A stretch of 64,000 bases of DNA from Pseudovirgaria hyperparasitica. Taxonomy: Eukaryota. The translations under genes and the position numbers were made by a program. This document shows, one piece after another, positions 49,328 through 61,349 of this stretch (the first letter of the stretch is position 1; each line of letters begins with the position of its first letter). The notes under the pieces were generated by a model. The model saw only the letters and a list, made by a program, of their open reading frames with translations, was not told the origin of the DNA and made no database searches. The stretch lies in the NCBI GenBank assembly GCA_010093815.1, contig ML996572.1; one strand, given 5' to 3'.

Positions 49328-51405
49328 ATGTCCGGCGCTCTCTCTCGGCTGTCAAAGATTGCCTCACAGGTCATCAATCCGACGCATGCGGAAGAAGTCG
49401 ACACAGCGAAGGAGTCGAAGAACCATCGGCTGAACTTTCACACCCTGTCGCCAACGGCATTCTTGCCAAGAGCTGCTGCGATCGAGCCAGATGTACGTCA
49501 TGTCGCCCGCCTACGGAAGCTCTAAGCGCACCTACAATGAGATGGCCCGAGTTGAAGAGAAGACTTTTCATCGAGAACGTCGCTCATATATGGAAAAGAC
49601 CCGCTAACTGAACAATCCTTGCTAGGCCGAAGCCGTATACCACATCACTACAAACAACAAAGTCCTAAGGAGAACGTATGGTGAAGTGGCCGATCGTGCG
49701 CGTGGTGTATCCTACTACCTCAAGAAACACAATTACACAAGAGTTGGGATTCTCTCTACAAACACACCGGCATTCCTTGAATCGCTGTATGGGATTACAG
49801 CTGCTGGAGCCGTCAATGTCGGTACGTAAAATGCGACTGCGCCCGTACCGATCCAACATACTATACTGCGCACGCAGGGGACCCCTTACAGACAGCGTCC
49901 TAGAACATCCATGCTTATCCCCTTTCGAAGGCCAAGAGCAGTACTGTAATTAGCTGACTGGAGCTGGCAGCCATCAACTACCGACTGAAATCTGATGACA
50001 TTGCTTATATCTTTACCCACTCCGAGGTTCAACTCATCATCGTCGATGCCGAATTCGAGGACCTCCTTTCAGACTGCCGCAAAGCCTCCCCTCTAGTACA
50101 AATACTCATTGACACCGATACAGACGCGATTGAGGGGGATCTGTGCGGCCCCTTCGATCGTGCAGTCTTGGAAGGTCTGAAACATGACGTCGATACAGGG
50201 AATAAAGGCTGGGATGGCCTCGAGGTTCAAGCCGCAGACGAAGAGAGTGTGTTCGCATTAGCATACACAAGCGGAACAACGGCTCGCCCCAAAGGCGTCG
50301 AGTATACTCATCGTGGCGCATACCTTGCCGCTCTCGGCAACATAATCGAGAGCGGCCTCAACTACCACACCGGCCGCTGCAAGTATCTCTGGACACTTCC
50401 TATGTTCCATGCGACTGGTCCGTCTCACTCTCCCCTCCCTCGGCCCTTTATGTTGACCCTCTTCTAGGTTGGACCTTTCCTTGGGCTATAACAGCCGTTC
50501 GCGGCACCCATTACTGCCTTCGCAAAATTGACTATCCGCTTATCTGGCGGCTCCTCAAGGAGGAGCACATAACGCACTTCAACGCCGCACCCACTGTAAA
50601 CACACTACTCTGCGCCGACTCTTCCGCATCCCGCCTCCCCTCTCCTGTTCGCGTCACCGTCGCCGCATCCCCGCCCACCCCACACCTCTTTGAAACGATG
50701 ACAGCTCTCAACTTGCATCCGGTCCACGTCTATGGCCTCACCGAAACCTACGGGCCCATCACAAAGGGCTACCATATGCCCTCCTGGGACGCCCTCCCAG
50801 CCAGAGACAAATACGCCAAAATGGCCCGTCAAGGCCACGGCTTCGTCACATCTCTCCCCGCACGCGTCATCCAACCGGACCGCACCGACGGCCAACTCAT
50901 CGACGTCGCTCGCGACGGCAACGAAATTGGCGAAATCGTCATGGCCGGAAACATCTGCGCAAAGGGATACTACAAGGATCCCGTCGCCACATCCAAGCTG
51001 TGGGCCGGCAGTGTCAGCCACTCGGGCGATCTCGCCGTCATGCACCCGGACGGCGCAATCCAGATCCTCGACCGCGCAAAGGACATAATCATCTCCGGCG
51101 GCGAGAATATCAGCAGTGTCGCGCTCGAGGCCATGCTTGCCACGCATCCCGACATTCTCGAGGCGGGCGTCGTGGCGGTGAAGGACGAGCGCTGGGGCGA
51201 GCGGCCAAAGGCTTTTGTGACGGTGAAGAATCAGGCTGCTACGACGGGTGCGGATGTGATTGCCTGGGCCAAGGAGAATAGCAGTATCAGTCGGTTCATG
51301 GTGCCGCGGGAGGTGGAGATTGTGGCCGAGTTGCCCAAGACGAGTACGGGCAAGATACGGAAGAATGTTCTGAGAGATTGGGCGCGTGGGGTGCGCAGTG
51401 AGTAG
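49328..51405 (+). CDS. AMP-dependent acyl-CoA synthetase (ANL superfamily), 4 exons
   Basis: LSPTAFLPRAAAIEP, AMP-binding loop YTSGTTARPKGV, LPMFHA, YGLTETYGP, HSGDLA, DRAKDIIISGGENISS, WGERPKAFV, LPKTSTGKI. Confidence 0.93.
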
Positions 51406-51759
51406 CAGTAGTAGCGCGCTCTATGTGTGCAGCATGTCATGGAATGGTCGTACTTTCTAATCATGAATAGTTGGCAGGTACGAATGCATATATATACACG
51501 TATGTATGGACGAAATGTACAGATGAAGATGAATCTACAGGATGGCTACAAAGACATCATCCATGTCAAACTGTATCGTATGCTGGGTTCCCCGCACAGA
51601 AATCGCTACAGCAGAACAAGGATGAGACATTGAATATAGCGTAATGAATACGAAAGAAAGAACAAAAAAAAATCGACACCTCTATCAACAGGTCCGGCCC
51701 ATTAAACAGTCATTCATATCCATTTCATTGCATTCGCACCTCGTGCCTAACATCACCAT

Positions 51760-54033
51760 TTAAGCTGAGCAGCCCTGGAGCACATATGTCTCCGTGATCG
51801 TTACCGTGGTGGCCGCACCACCCACATCAGTCGCCCCTCCAGCAAGTGGCGCCCCAGGAGTCACTCGCGGAGTTACCACGGGCGCCACGGAGGGAAGTTC
51901 CATCGGCGTTGAAACACCGGTGCTAGGAAGACTGACGAACCCGCCAAAGCTCTTGCCCGCCGGCGGTGGCGGTGGCAGCGATGAAGCGATCGCACCAACA
52001 CCCATTTCAGGAACAGGGGTCACGACGCTGGTGATTAGAGTGCTGGGGCTTGAAGGAAGGGGGGCGAACTGGATTGGAGATCCAGACGGCGCAAGGATGG
52101 AGTTCTGGTTTGCGACTGACAGCGCAGGGATGGAGTTCTGGCTTGCGATTGACGGCGCAGGGATGGAGTTCTGGCTTGCGATTGACAACACAGGGATGGA
52201 GTTCTGGCTTGCGATTGACAGCACAGGGATGGAGTTCTGGCTTGCAATTAACGGCACAGGGATGGAGTTCTGGCTAGCGACTGACAGCACAGGCACCGGG
52301 CTTTGGAATAGTGCAGCAGAGGAAGCTGTTGGTGGTGCCCCTGACGGGCCCACAACGGCGCCCTGGGAGACGGCTGTCGAGACTGCATTCAATGGCAGTA
52401 TGGGAATTCCAGTGTTTCCAGAATTGATATCGGCAGGAACTCCACCAGACATGGTCGATAGGCCGGCTCTCATCGCGATCAGGTGGTCGGGCGAATCCCA
52501 GTTCTCTTCGCCGAAGCTCCAGGCCATGACACCACCGAGTTTGAGCGGGACGACGATAGTTTGAAACTTTTTCTGTACGTAATCTTTCGAGTCCCAGCTC
52601 CAGAAGATGTTGAGCTCAGTGTCGAGGTATGTGAGGCCGCCTTTGATGGTGTCGTCGCTTGGTTTGGTCGTTGCGGTGCGCCACGACTTCCAGACGTCTG
52701 GGCCTTCACATTGACTGCCGGAACCACTGTAGGTGGGGTTGCAGTGGCCATAGCCACAGTAGTCTGCTGTGTTACCGCTGTTTATGATTAGAATGGGAAT
52801 GCTGAGAGGAGACAAATGGTTACGTACCACCAACCGTCAGTGGAGCAGCAATAGCCACTGCCACATTGTAAACCTTTCTCGGGTCCACACTGGCCGTCCG
52901 TCGCAGGTGAGAGAGAAGATGGTGCATCTTTCGCGTTCTTTGCCTCAAAGGTCATGGAGCCGGAGTGATTGGTGTCGGCACCATTGGAAGCCTCCAGTTC
53001 TACAGTAGCACATCCGAGCCCTCCTGTAGATGTACACCCGGGCTGGACACCGAACCATTTAGCATACAAGGCTAGACCTAGGTTTGCTTTTTGGGGATCT
53101 AGGCCAATATTCAGGTATTCCTGGACCGTGTCGAGGGTATCTTGTACACAGGTGTGGTGGCTTGTGGTTTTGTCTCGCCTGTTCATGATGTCGTAGGTCA
53201 TGATCTATACGCTGTCAGGGGATTCGCGTGCTAACAAGAGGGAAGAAACTCACGTTCACAAAATCAACATTGTCGAATATGTTTTTGCCGTTAGCTGCGT
53301 TGAAGATGAGCATGTCGCCCTTCTTGCCAGGAGTCGCTATGGAAAGAACCTTGTCGGTTCCCATGGTTGTCTTTATAGTCTTTAGCATGTTGATGTAGCC
53401 TGTGGTTTCAGTACTGGTCGAAGGAGGGGCGCCTCCTGCAAGATAGTAGACGTCGTTTCCACCAGGGTATTCCCAATCAATATCTGCGGCCGTCAGCATC
53501 TCCGAGTCCATCACACTCCCTCACGGTGTTACTCACCAACGCCGTCAAAGTGAGCGCCGCCCCCAAAATCATGCGTGACGATCTGCTTGATGTTTTCGGC
53601 AAAAAGGCTCAAAGAGGCGTCGCTCTCGATAGCCTTTCTCCATCCAGTGGTAGGATCATCGTTCCACCCACCGATGGCGAGGCTGACCTTAATATTGGGA
53701 TTGAGTGCCTTGATAGCTTTGAGAGTGTCAGCGTGCCACTTATGTCCTGGCTCTGTATACTGAAATGTGGTCCAGTCTATAGTTTGGTTGTTGAGATTAT
53801 GGCTTAACATGAAGGCCAAGATGACGTTTGTGACGCCTTCAAAGGATGTTGCGGTCATAGGAACATTGGGATGCCATCTATTCATGTTAGTTAGTACGAC
53901 TGAGGGAGGGCGACGAGAAGGAGTGAACTTACTGGTCATAGTACATAACCAAGCGAGGGGCCGAAGTGGTGTCTTGAGCGACGCTTCGTGTTACCCCTAG
54001 AAAAGTCGTCAAAGTCCTCAGTATGTTCCTCAT
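51760..54033 (-). CDS. GH18 chitinase with inserted CBM18 (hevein) domain and Ser/Pro-rich repetitive tail, multi-exon
   Basis: RLVMYYDQ|WHP, VILAF, KVSLAIGGW, FDGV|DIDWEYP (DxDxE intact), MTYD, KANLGLALYAKWF, QCG...CGSGYCCSTDGW|CG...YCG...C hevein motif, FWSWD, GGVMAWSFGE. Confidence 0.9.
52094..52291 (-). repeat. Six 33-bp tandem repeats encoding (VLSIASQNSIP)-like 11-aa units in the chitinase tail
   Basis: Unit GGGATGGAGTTCTGGCTTGCGATTGACAGCACA (+ strand) starting at 52094, 52127, 52160, 52193, 52226 and 52259. Confidence 0.95.
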
Positions 54034-55199
54034 GTTGGGCAGTAACGATATAGGAGTCCAGCTGCTTGATATCGATGGTAGCACAGTATGTTAGGAAGAA
54101 GTAGGTAAGAGTGTATGTCGTACGCATATACGGGTAGCGTATTTATATACTCTCTAACAGTGAATGCGGCGATACAGTCACGGATCTGATCGATCGTGAA
54201 GGAGCAGAGAAATCTCTATGCATCGAGACAAAATATATATTCCATGGAAAGTGGGTGCAGCAGCCACAGAACTGCTGAATGCAGAAGTCACAATACGCTT
54301 CCACCTGCCCAAAACCCTTTCTTGAATGCTTTCGTCAATTATTAACTTATCCATGGCATCGGAAGACCAAGGTCAGACCTCAGACTCTGTGATGGAGTGG
54401 TGTTTGCCATAACGTGGCTTTGAAATACCGCCTGAGCGCATCTAACGCGTTGACGCGCCACAATTCGACGCCTACAGAGTAGAACAACGGCATTTATTGC
54501 TCCTGTAAAGTGATCATGTGCTGCTCGCGTGTCTGTGTCCTTCTCACTGAAACTTGTTAGGTGACCGGGATATAACGATTGGCCAAAGTGCGTTCGATGA
54601 TGCCATATAACTTGGCGCTTCGTGAATGGACGACCACAGCATCACAAAAATGTCGACTGCTAGATTAAACTCCGGCGGTAGTTTCATGAGAGATGGCAGA
54701 TTGAAGCACCCAATGGAGCTGAGGTCATTGAAGTGGGTCTTGGCTCATTCCATGCTTGGATAAATCCCTTGCTTCGTTAAAGACCTACAAGTCCACCCGT
54801 CGGATGTGCCGGAACCCAATACGCCACATTATCTGTCTGCTAAGTTAGGACAAGGTTGATCAATGTTTCGAATGTTCGTGATACCCGTCAGAACGCCCAA
54901 GTCTAGGTGGCCTTGAGTCAGGTGGAAAATCTTCTGTTTGCCATATCAGATTTGAAACACTTGAAATGCCAGTTACACTTGATGATGGTGATGACGATAC
55001 TTTCATTTTTATTCTAGATGATAAGGTAGATTCGTCTGTTTATCCGCGTCAATTCCAGACATCCTTGTAAGGTTATATTGATCTGCCATAGAAGCACCGC
55101 TACGGCGAGGAGGGTTTCGACGCAGTACTATATGCTCTCTTGGCTATGTTAGAATTGAGTTGAGCAAAATGTCGGATACTTGTGGTTATTTTCGATCTC

Positions 55200-55853
55200 T
55201 CACTTAGCCTTCTTCTTCATTTCGGCCAGTCTTATGTTCGTCTCCATGGCATGCTCCGCAGTTTTCTGCGTAATGTCTTTATCGATCTGTTCATTCTTCA
55301 GCCTCATGGCTTCTCGGGTTTCCGCTATAGCTATCAAGCTCTTTATTCTCTTTTCGATTTCTTTTTCCTGTGCTTTCTTCAGTCCGGCCTTGGTCCTGAT
55401 ATTGGGATGCGCCTTCAGGAAATTGGCGGTGAACGCGAGCTGTTCCTTGTCTTCAGCTGCTGACTTGGGACCAGGACCTCCATAGGGCGAGCCATGTTCA
55501 TGTGTTAATGGTATGGGAATGGTGGGATGCAAGACGTTCTCGGGGTTCCGGGATGTTGAGCTAAGCGGGAGGGGAGCACCTGCAACTGGTGTACTTTGGT
55601 CCAGGCTGGGGGATGGCATTTTGCCATGGAGTACGAGCGCTGCGAGTTCGTTTTCAAATTGAGGGTCGTATGGCCTTTCAGGGAGTGGCACGTATTTGCT
55701 ATCTGCATCGACGGGAGTGTGTCCAACCGATGGAGAGGGTGTATTTGCAGTGCTTGTACGATGAGGAGTGTTGTTTGAGGTTGTAGCAGCCTCAGGCTTA
55801 TAAGCATCAGTCATATCGATATTGACACCTGTAGTGTCGCTGGCAGATGGCAT
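55200..55853 (-). CDS. Hypothetical protein (217 aa) with basic coiled-coil C-terminus
   Basis: ATG ORF; Pro-rich N-half, PENVLHPTIPIPL, then KKAQEKEIEKRIK...NEQIDKDI heptads. Confidence 0.7.
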   Translation of the reverse strand: MPSASDTTGVNIDMTDAYKPEAATTSNNTPHRTSTANTPSPSVGHTPVDADSKYVPLPERPYDPQFENELAALVLHGKMPSPSLDQSTPVAGAPLPLSSTSRNPENVLHPTIPIPLTHEHGSPYGGPGPKSAAEDKEQLAFTANFLKAHPNIRTKAGLKKAQEKEIEKRIKSLIAIAETREAMRLKNEQIDKDITQKTAEHAMETNIRLAEMKKKAK

Positions 55854-56240
55854 GCTAACGATTGCTGTAGTTGTTATTGATCGATTGGATGAATGAATGA
55901 GGTAACATGTGAAACGAGCTTCTCCAGTAATCTATGTCCTGGAGTAAAGTGATATTGCCGTTGTTGTAAGAGATGAAGTGGAACGGGAGGAGTGAGATGT
56001 AGTGATAATTATAAAGTTATAGATAAATGATTTGTTCAAAGAAATCGCGACTTGGAATCGAAGCAGGTTCGGGAAGCAGCGGCCGGAACTGGCGGAGCTT
56101 TTCCGCCCTGGCACCAAACACTTCACGACCAAGCGCCTCCTGGGACCCAAACTTCAGTTTTCATCCTCACCTTACTACCGTACTTCAACCCGCCAATACC
56201 CGCCCGACCTCAGCTCTAAACCTCCCATCCTTCTTTCAAT

Positions 56241-56495
56241 ATGGCTGACAAACTCCGCACACAACAACAGCTCGAAGCGCTGCAGTCCCGCTACCTCGGC
56301 GTCGGACACGCGGACACAACCAAATTCGAATGGACTTCTAACATCGCCCGCGACAGTTACGCTTCATACGTAGGTCATCCTCAAATGCTTGCGTACATGA
56401 GCGTAGGGCTGGGACAGAGCCGTGAGAAGACAAGGTTGGACTTCATTGAAAAGATGGTCAGACCCGTGGGACCGCCTCCTGAGAGGGAGGATTGA
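56241..56495 (+). CDS. SF3B5: Splicing factor 3B subunit 5 (SF3b10/Ysf3)
   Basis: MADKLRTQQQLEALQSRYLGVGHADTTKFEWTSNIARDSYASYVGH...MVRPVGPPP. Confidence 0.95.
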   Translation: MADKLRTQQQLEALQSRYLGVGHADTTKFEWTSNIARDSYASYVGHPQMLAYMSVGLGQSREKTRLDFIEKMVRPVGPPPERED

Positions 56496-57050
56496 GGCGG
56501 GTAAGAAAGAGTTTTTATTTGGGCCACAGGCGCTTGGGCTTGTGATATGGAAGGACGGGACTGTGGAATGAGAGATTGAAACAGGCTTGAACTACATGAG
56601 CTTAAAAATACATGAGCTTTCAGTCAAGAGCGTACGAGAAGGAGGGTTCGTCTTCGGTGTCTTCAATCGCTCTGTTTCTGCATAGCCATCTGGGATAGAC
56701 ATGATGTCGCAACGGCAAGGACGATGGTCCTTGTGATTGTTTGGTGCTTAGAAGTCAGTATATGATGGGCGAAACAAAGCATACTCACGGAGCCTCCGAC
56801 ACCCCAGGAAGCGCGGCAAGGTGCTTGAGCGTTCTAAGGAAAGACCTAAATCGACTTCTCGGGTTACGATATGCGCCATGCACAGACTGGGTTATATCAC
56901 AAAACAAATGAACATGAGGTTGAGGGAGAATGTCACAGTGCTGCTAGGTTACAACATTCAGGGAGTAATGGTTCTCTGTAATTTACAATCTAAAGTAACG
57001 CCCGCTATGCACTGGCAATGCTTCATCTCTTATGACCTTCAATGGTGCCC

Positions 57051-57705
57051 TCAGTCCGAGTCGCTGGCACTCCCAGTCGGTCCGTCATCGTCATCGTCTG
57101 CCACGACGTCGTTGCCAACATTCATGGCATACTCAGCCTTCTGCAACGACGTCCGCAGTGCATCGTTTCTAGGGTCGACGAGCTCGAATGGCTTAAGTTT
57201 GGCCTTGTTCCGTATCCGTGGATCGCAGCCGGCATCAATCAAGATGTCTACGACAGACTGACCTTCCTCCCATTGCTTCGGTGCTAGTGAATTGACATAT
57301 CGTACTGCTTTGTGCAGGGGTGTGTCTTGCTCCATGCGGTCTATTTCGTCGATCTCGAGGCCTTCTTGGTCGAGGAGAATGTCTAGAATCTCATCTGAAA
57401 TGCATGTCAGCTGTAGTTTCTTTGGCCGGCGGGAGTGGACGCACAGCTACCACACTCGGCGGCTACATGTAGAGCCCCCTTCCCTACGCCATTCCGTGCC
57501 TCGTTGAGTGTTTTGGCAATATACTCGGTGTCCTTGCCTTTCGGGGCGCCCTTAGACAGGTCTGACAGGACTTCTTCGAGAAGTGTAGTATTGTCACGTC
57601 GGCATGCTTCAAATATAAGCTCGCGGGGAGAGGCACCCTGCTAATTCATTAGCCCATAGCCAGTGATTGTCGAGATGGATGTGAAGGACTGACCTCGTCA
57701 GCCAT
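57051..57705 (-). CDS. Small ankyrin-repeat protein, 3 exons
   Basis: MADE|GASPRELIFEACRRDNTTLLEEV...LNEARNGVG...HVAAECGS|...DILLDQEGLEID...DTPLHKAVRY...VDILIDAGCDPRIRNK. Confidence 0.88.
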
Positions 57706-58080
57706 TGCGGGGATGAGAGGAAGTGGGGTAGACTACTGCGAGGATAGCTTTCTAGACGCGCAGGGGAGAGTTCGTTGTTCTTTTTTCTTGGGGGCACTTG
57801 GTGAAGACGTTCGGGCTATAGAATGAAATAAAACGAGGCTGCACGCAGCTCTGAAACGCGCGTGCGTGTAGCAGGCGCAGTGAAACATCCGATCGCATCC
57901 AACGGCAACGAGGCGCGATCAGGCACAAAATCCAGGGTCCAATAATACGACTTCCCGAAATATCACCGATCCTGTTTGAAGCTTCAATTTTGATGATATC
58001 GATGCCACCTCTAATAATTTGACCATCTCAATCTTGGACGCGTCCATTACCACCTCTCGCCTCGGTGGGTACTCACCACA

Positions 58081-58537
58081 ATGCTACTCTTCTGCCCAGT
58101 ATGCAGCAATCTCCTTACCGTCTCCAAGATGCCCGTAAACCCACTTTGGCCTGAAGAGTCTGGCAAAAACCGCTTCGAGTGTCGCACATGTCCGTACATG
58201 TTCATGATAACTCAAAGGATGATGGAGCGTAAGCCAATGAAGAGAAAAGAAGTCGAGGATGTACTTGGTGGGGAAGACGCCTGGGCAAATGTTGACAAGA
58301 CCGATGGTATGGCAAGGCCATAGGATGCGCGTGCAAAGTTGCAGGATTGCTGACTTGATACAGTCCAATGCCCAAACGACAAGTGCGGTAATACGCAGGC
58401 TTTCTTCTATCAATTGCAGATTCGCTCTGCGGATGAGCCGATGACTTCTTTTTACAAGGCACGTGTTTAGTTACTGTCCACTCGTACTATGCTAATGGTC
58501 TCAGTGCACATCTTGTGCTCGTCAATGGAACGAATGA
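58081..58537 (+). CDS. RPC11: RNA polymerase III subunit C11 (TFIIS-like), 3 exons
   Basis: MLLFCPVCSNLL...FECRTCPY...EVEDVLGG...CPNDKCG...FYQLQIRSADEPMTSFYK|CTSCARQW. Confidence 0.95.
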
Positions 58538-59728
58538 GTTTGATATATACACTTTTCCATCTACTTTTCGCATAGCATAGGAGTTGGGAGGGCTTTCTAA
58601 AGAGATACCCATATATATATAGCGGGGCAGACCGATTCGCATTCGAAATTGTCGGCTTAAAATACAACATCAAACCCACGGACTTGTTTCTTGTACAAAT
58701 CGCGTCATATGCCTATAGGCTATAGCAGAGTCAATCGACTTGACTTAGATCTCATTCAGCATTTGACGAGTCATCGGGACATGGCGCTGACAACCCAGTC
58801 GAACTTGGCAGAGTAGATTACGCTAGCATGATACTGTCCTGCGTATTGTCAAAGGTTTGGACACTTGAAATATTTTGTCTAGCATTGGGGAATAAAAAAC
58901 TGCGACGACTGTTCCTGACTGTTGTGACTGCCGGGGTTGCCGCACTAAGACACAAACAGGCAATTCCTGGGTCCCAAGGTCGTTCAAGGTAAGACCTTTA
59001 GCAAACCAAGATTATTCGATTTTTCGATTGGAACCCAGCCATCTTCTCTTGAGGCAGGTTGCGTTCTTTGCTGGGGCTATGGGCTTCATGGCTTACCACC
59101 GATTGCAAGTTCTTTTCGCTTGGCAGCCAAGACAAACAACATCTGTACGGAAGGCCCGGTCGATTTTGTTGATGACGTCGAAAGCTCAACAGGAGTTTAC
59201 CCTTCTGAAGTCTGAGGATGGAATTTATTTCTCTGCGGCTATGGGCAAACACCCACCCAATCATGCGAATCATCATCATATTCGGCGCTACTTCCCGATA
59301 GCGAAGCTTCCATGTCAATCATTTCGGGCAAAATAACGTTACGGTCCGCAGGCTTCCTTGCTTCCTTGTCCATGTCCTACAGCTGCGGTACCCAAAGGAT
59401 TGCTGAAGCTGGGAAAAAGCGACACTGTAGTACCACATCATCACCTCATCGCCTAATACATTGTCTACCACTCATGTCTAAGTGCGTCATGTCGTTACGC
59501 CTGACACCTCTATTCATCTTAGCACCCCAGCCCCCTCCCATTGAACTGCTACATGAAGTTAGGCACCGCCTCCACCCGGCGAAAGATCGACACTTGGGGT
59601 CCAGGACATTAAGGGACACAACTGCGCCCAATGTCTGGGATCAGACCATCACGGGTCATTAAAAGCTGCTTTGTCCGGTCGTTCCGGCATTTACTCACGA
59701 CCACCTCGCAGCTACAGACATTGCGAAG

Positions 59729-61349
59729 ATGCTCTGGCCAAAGTTCGGAGCGATCAGCCTTTGCGCATCTGTCGCACTCGCATTACCAAGATCACCTGCT
59801 TCGATCCGGAAACGGGAAGACCAGGAAAGGGCTGATGCTGTAAAGGCAGCATTCCAGCATGCATGGGATGGTTATAAACAATACGCGTTCCCTAATGATG
59901 AATTGAAACCAGTTTCGAATTCGTTTGGCAATTCGAGGTACGTGCAATGTGATCGTTGCTGTAGCATGGCCTGAGTGGACGTATAGGAATGGCTGGGGTG
60001 CTTCTGCTGTAGATGCTCTATCTACAGCATTGCTTATGGGCAATCAGGATGTGGTAGACACTGTCCTGGAGCACATCACCACGATCGACTATACGAAGAC
60101 AGACACAGAAGTCTCCCTGTTCGAAACTACCATCAGATACCTTGGTGGCATGCTATCCGCATACGATCTACTGAAAGGACCTTTATCGAACATGGCGACA
60201 GACGTAAGTCATCCAGTAGCATAATCATCACGTGCATTGACAGTCTTGTAGTACACAAAGGTCGATGCTCTCCTCACTAAGTCAAAAGAGCTTGCAGACG
60301 CGCTCAAATTTGCATTCGACACTACGAGCGGTGTCCCGCACAACAATCTGATTTTCGCCAATCGAACCTATGTCGAAGACAACGGCTCCAACGGACTCGC
60401 GACCGTCGGCACTCTTGTCCTCGAATGGACGCATCTCTCTGACCTCCTCGGCGTTTCAACTTACCAAGACCTCGCCGAGAAAGGCGAATCCTATCTCTTG
60501 AACCCCATGCCTACCTCGAATGAACCTTGGCCCGGTCTCATCGGCTCTGATATCAGCATCGAAGACGGCACGCTACAGAACGCAAACGGCGGTTGGTCCG
60601 GCGGGCAGGACTCGTTCTACGAATATTTACTGAAGATGTACGTCTACGACCAGTCGCGCTTTGGTCAATACAAAGATCGCTGGGTCCTTGCCGCCGACAG
60701 CACAATCGCTCACCTAACGTCGCATCCACAAACACGCCCGGAAGTGACCTTCGTGGCCGAATTCCGGGGCCAGACGCAGAGTCTGAATTCAGGCCATCTG
60801 ACGTGTTTCCACGGCGGCAACTTCTTACTCGGTGGTGCTGTGCTCGGCGAGCAGAAATACATCGACTACGGCCTTGCGCTCGTCGACAGCTGCCACGCTA
60901 CCTACAACGCCACCGCAACGAAGATCGGGCCAGAGCGCTGGTCCTGGGACCCAGAAAACGTGCCTGCTGATCAACAGGCGTTTTGGGAGGAAAACGGGTT
61001 CTACATCACCGTCGAATACTACGATCTCCGGCCTGAAGTCGTGGAGAGCTTTTACCACGCATACCGCATCACCGGTGAGCAGATCTATGCGGATTGGGTG
61101 TGGGATGCGTTCATTGCTGTCAATAGCACAGCGCGGCGTGGAAGTGGGTTTGATGCAATTGAGAATGTGAATGTGGAGGGTGGAGGCACGAGCTTTGACA
61201 ACCAAGAAAGCTTCTTGTATGCGGAAGTCATGAAGTATTTCTACCTGACGTTCGCTGGCGAGGCGGAGTGGCAGGTCAGCAAGGATGGAAAGAATGCATT
61301 TGTGTTCAATACTGAGGCACATCCATTCAAAGTTGTAGGTGGGAGCTGA
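59729..61349 (+). CDS. Secreted GH47 alpha-1,2-mannosidase, 3 exons
   Basis: Signal peptide plus KR site; [90 protein letters not shown]. Confidence 0.95.

Noticed and set aside
52094..52291. 33-bp repeats as a CRISPR array
   Set aside because: Units are contiguous with no spacers, are in frame within a chitinase CDS, and the DNA is eukaryotic.
51794..52564. Plus-strand ORF with (GMEFWLAID) repeats
   Set aside because: Antisense reading of the chitinase repeat tail.
46793..54033. Secondary-metabolite biosynthetic cluster
   Set aside because: No PKS, NRPS, terpene synthase or DMATS backbone gene anywhere in the window.
54445..54460. MCB-like ACGCGT/ACGCG motifs upstream of the chitinase
   Set aside because: Short motifs that occur throughout the window; no independent support.
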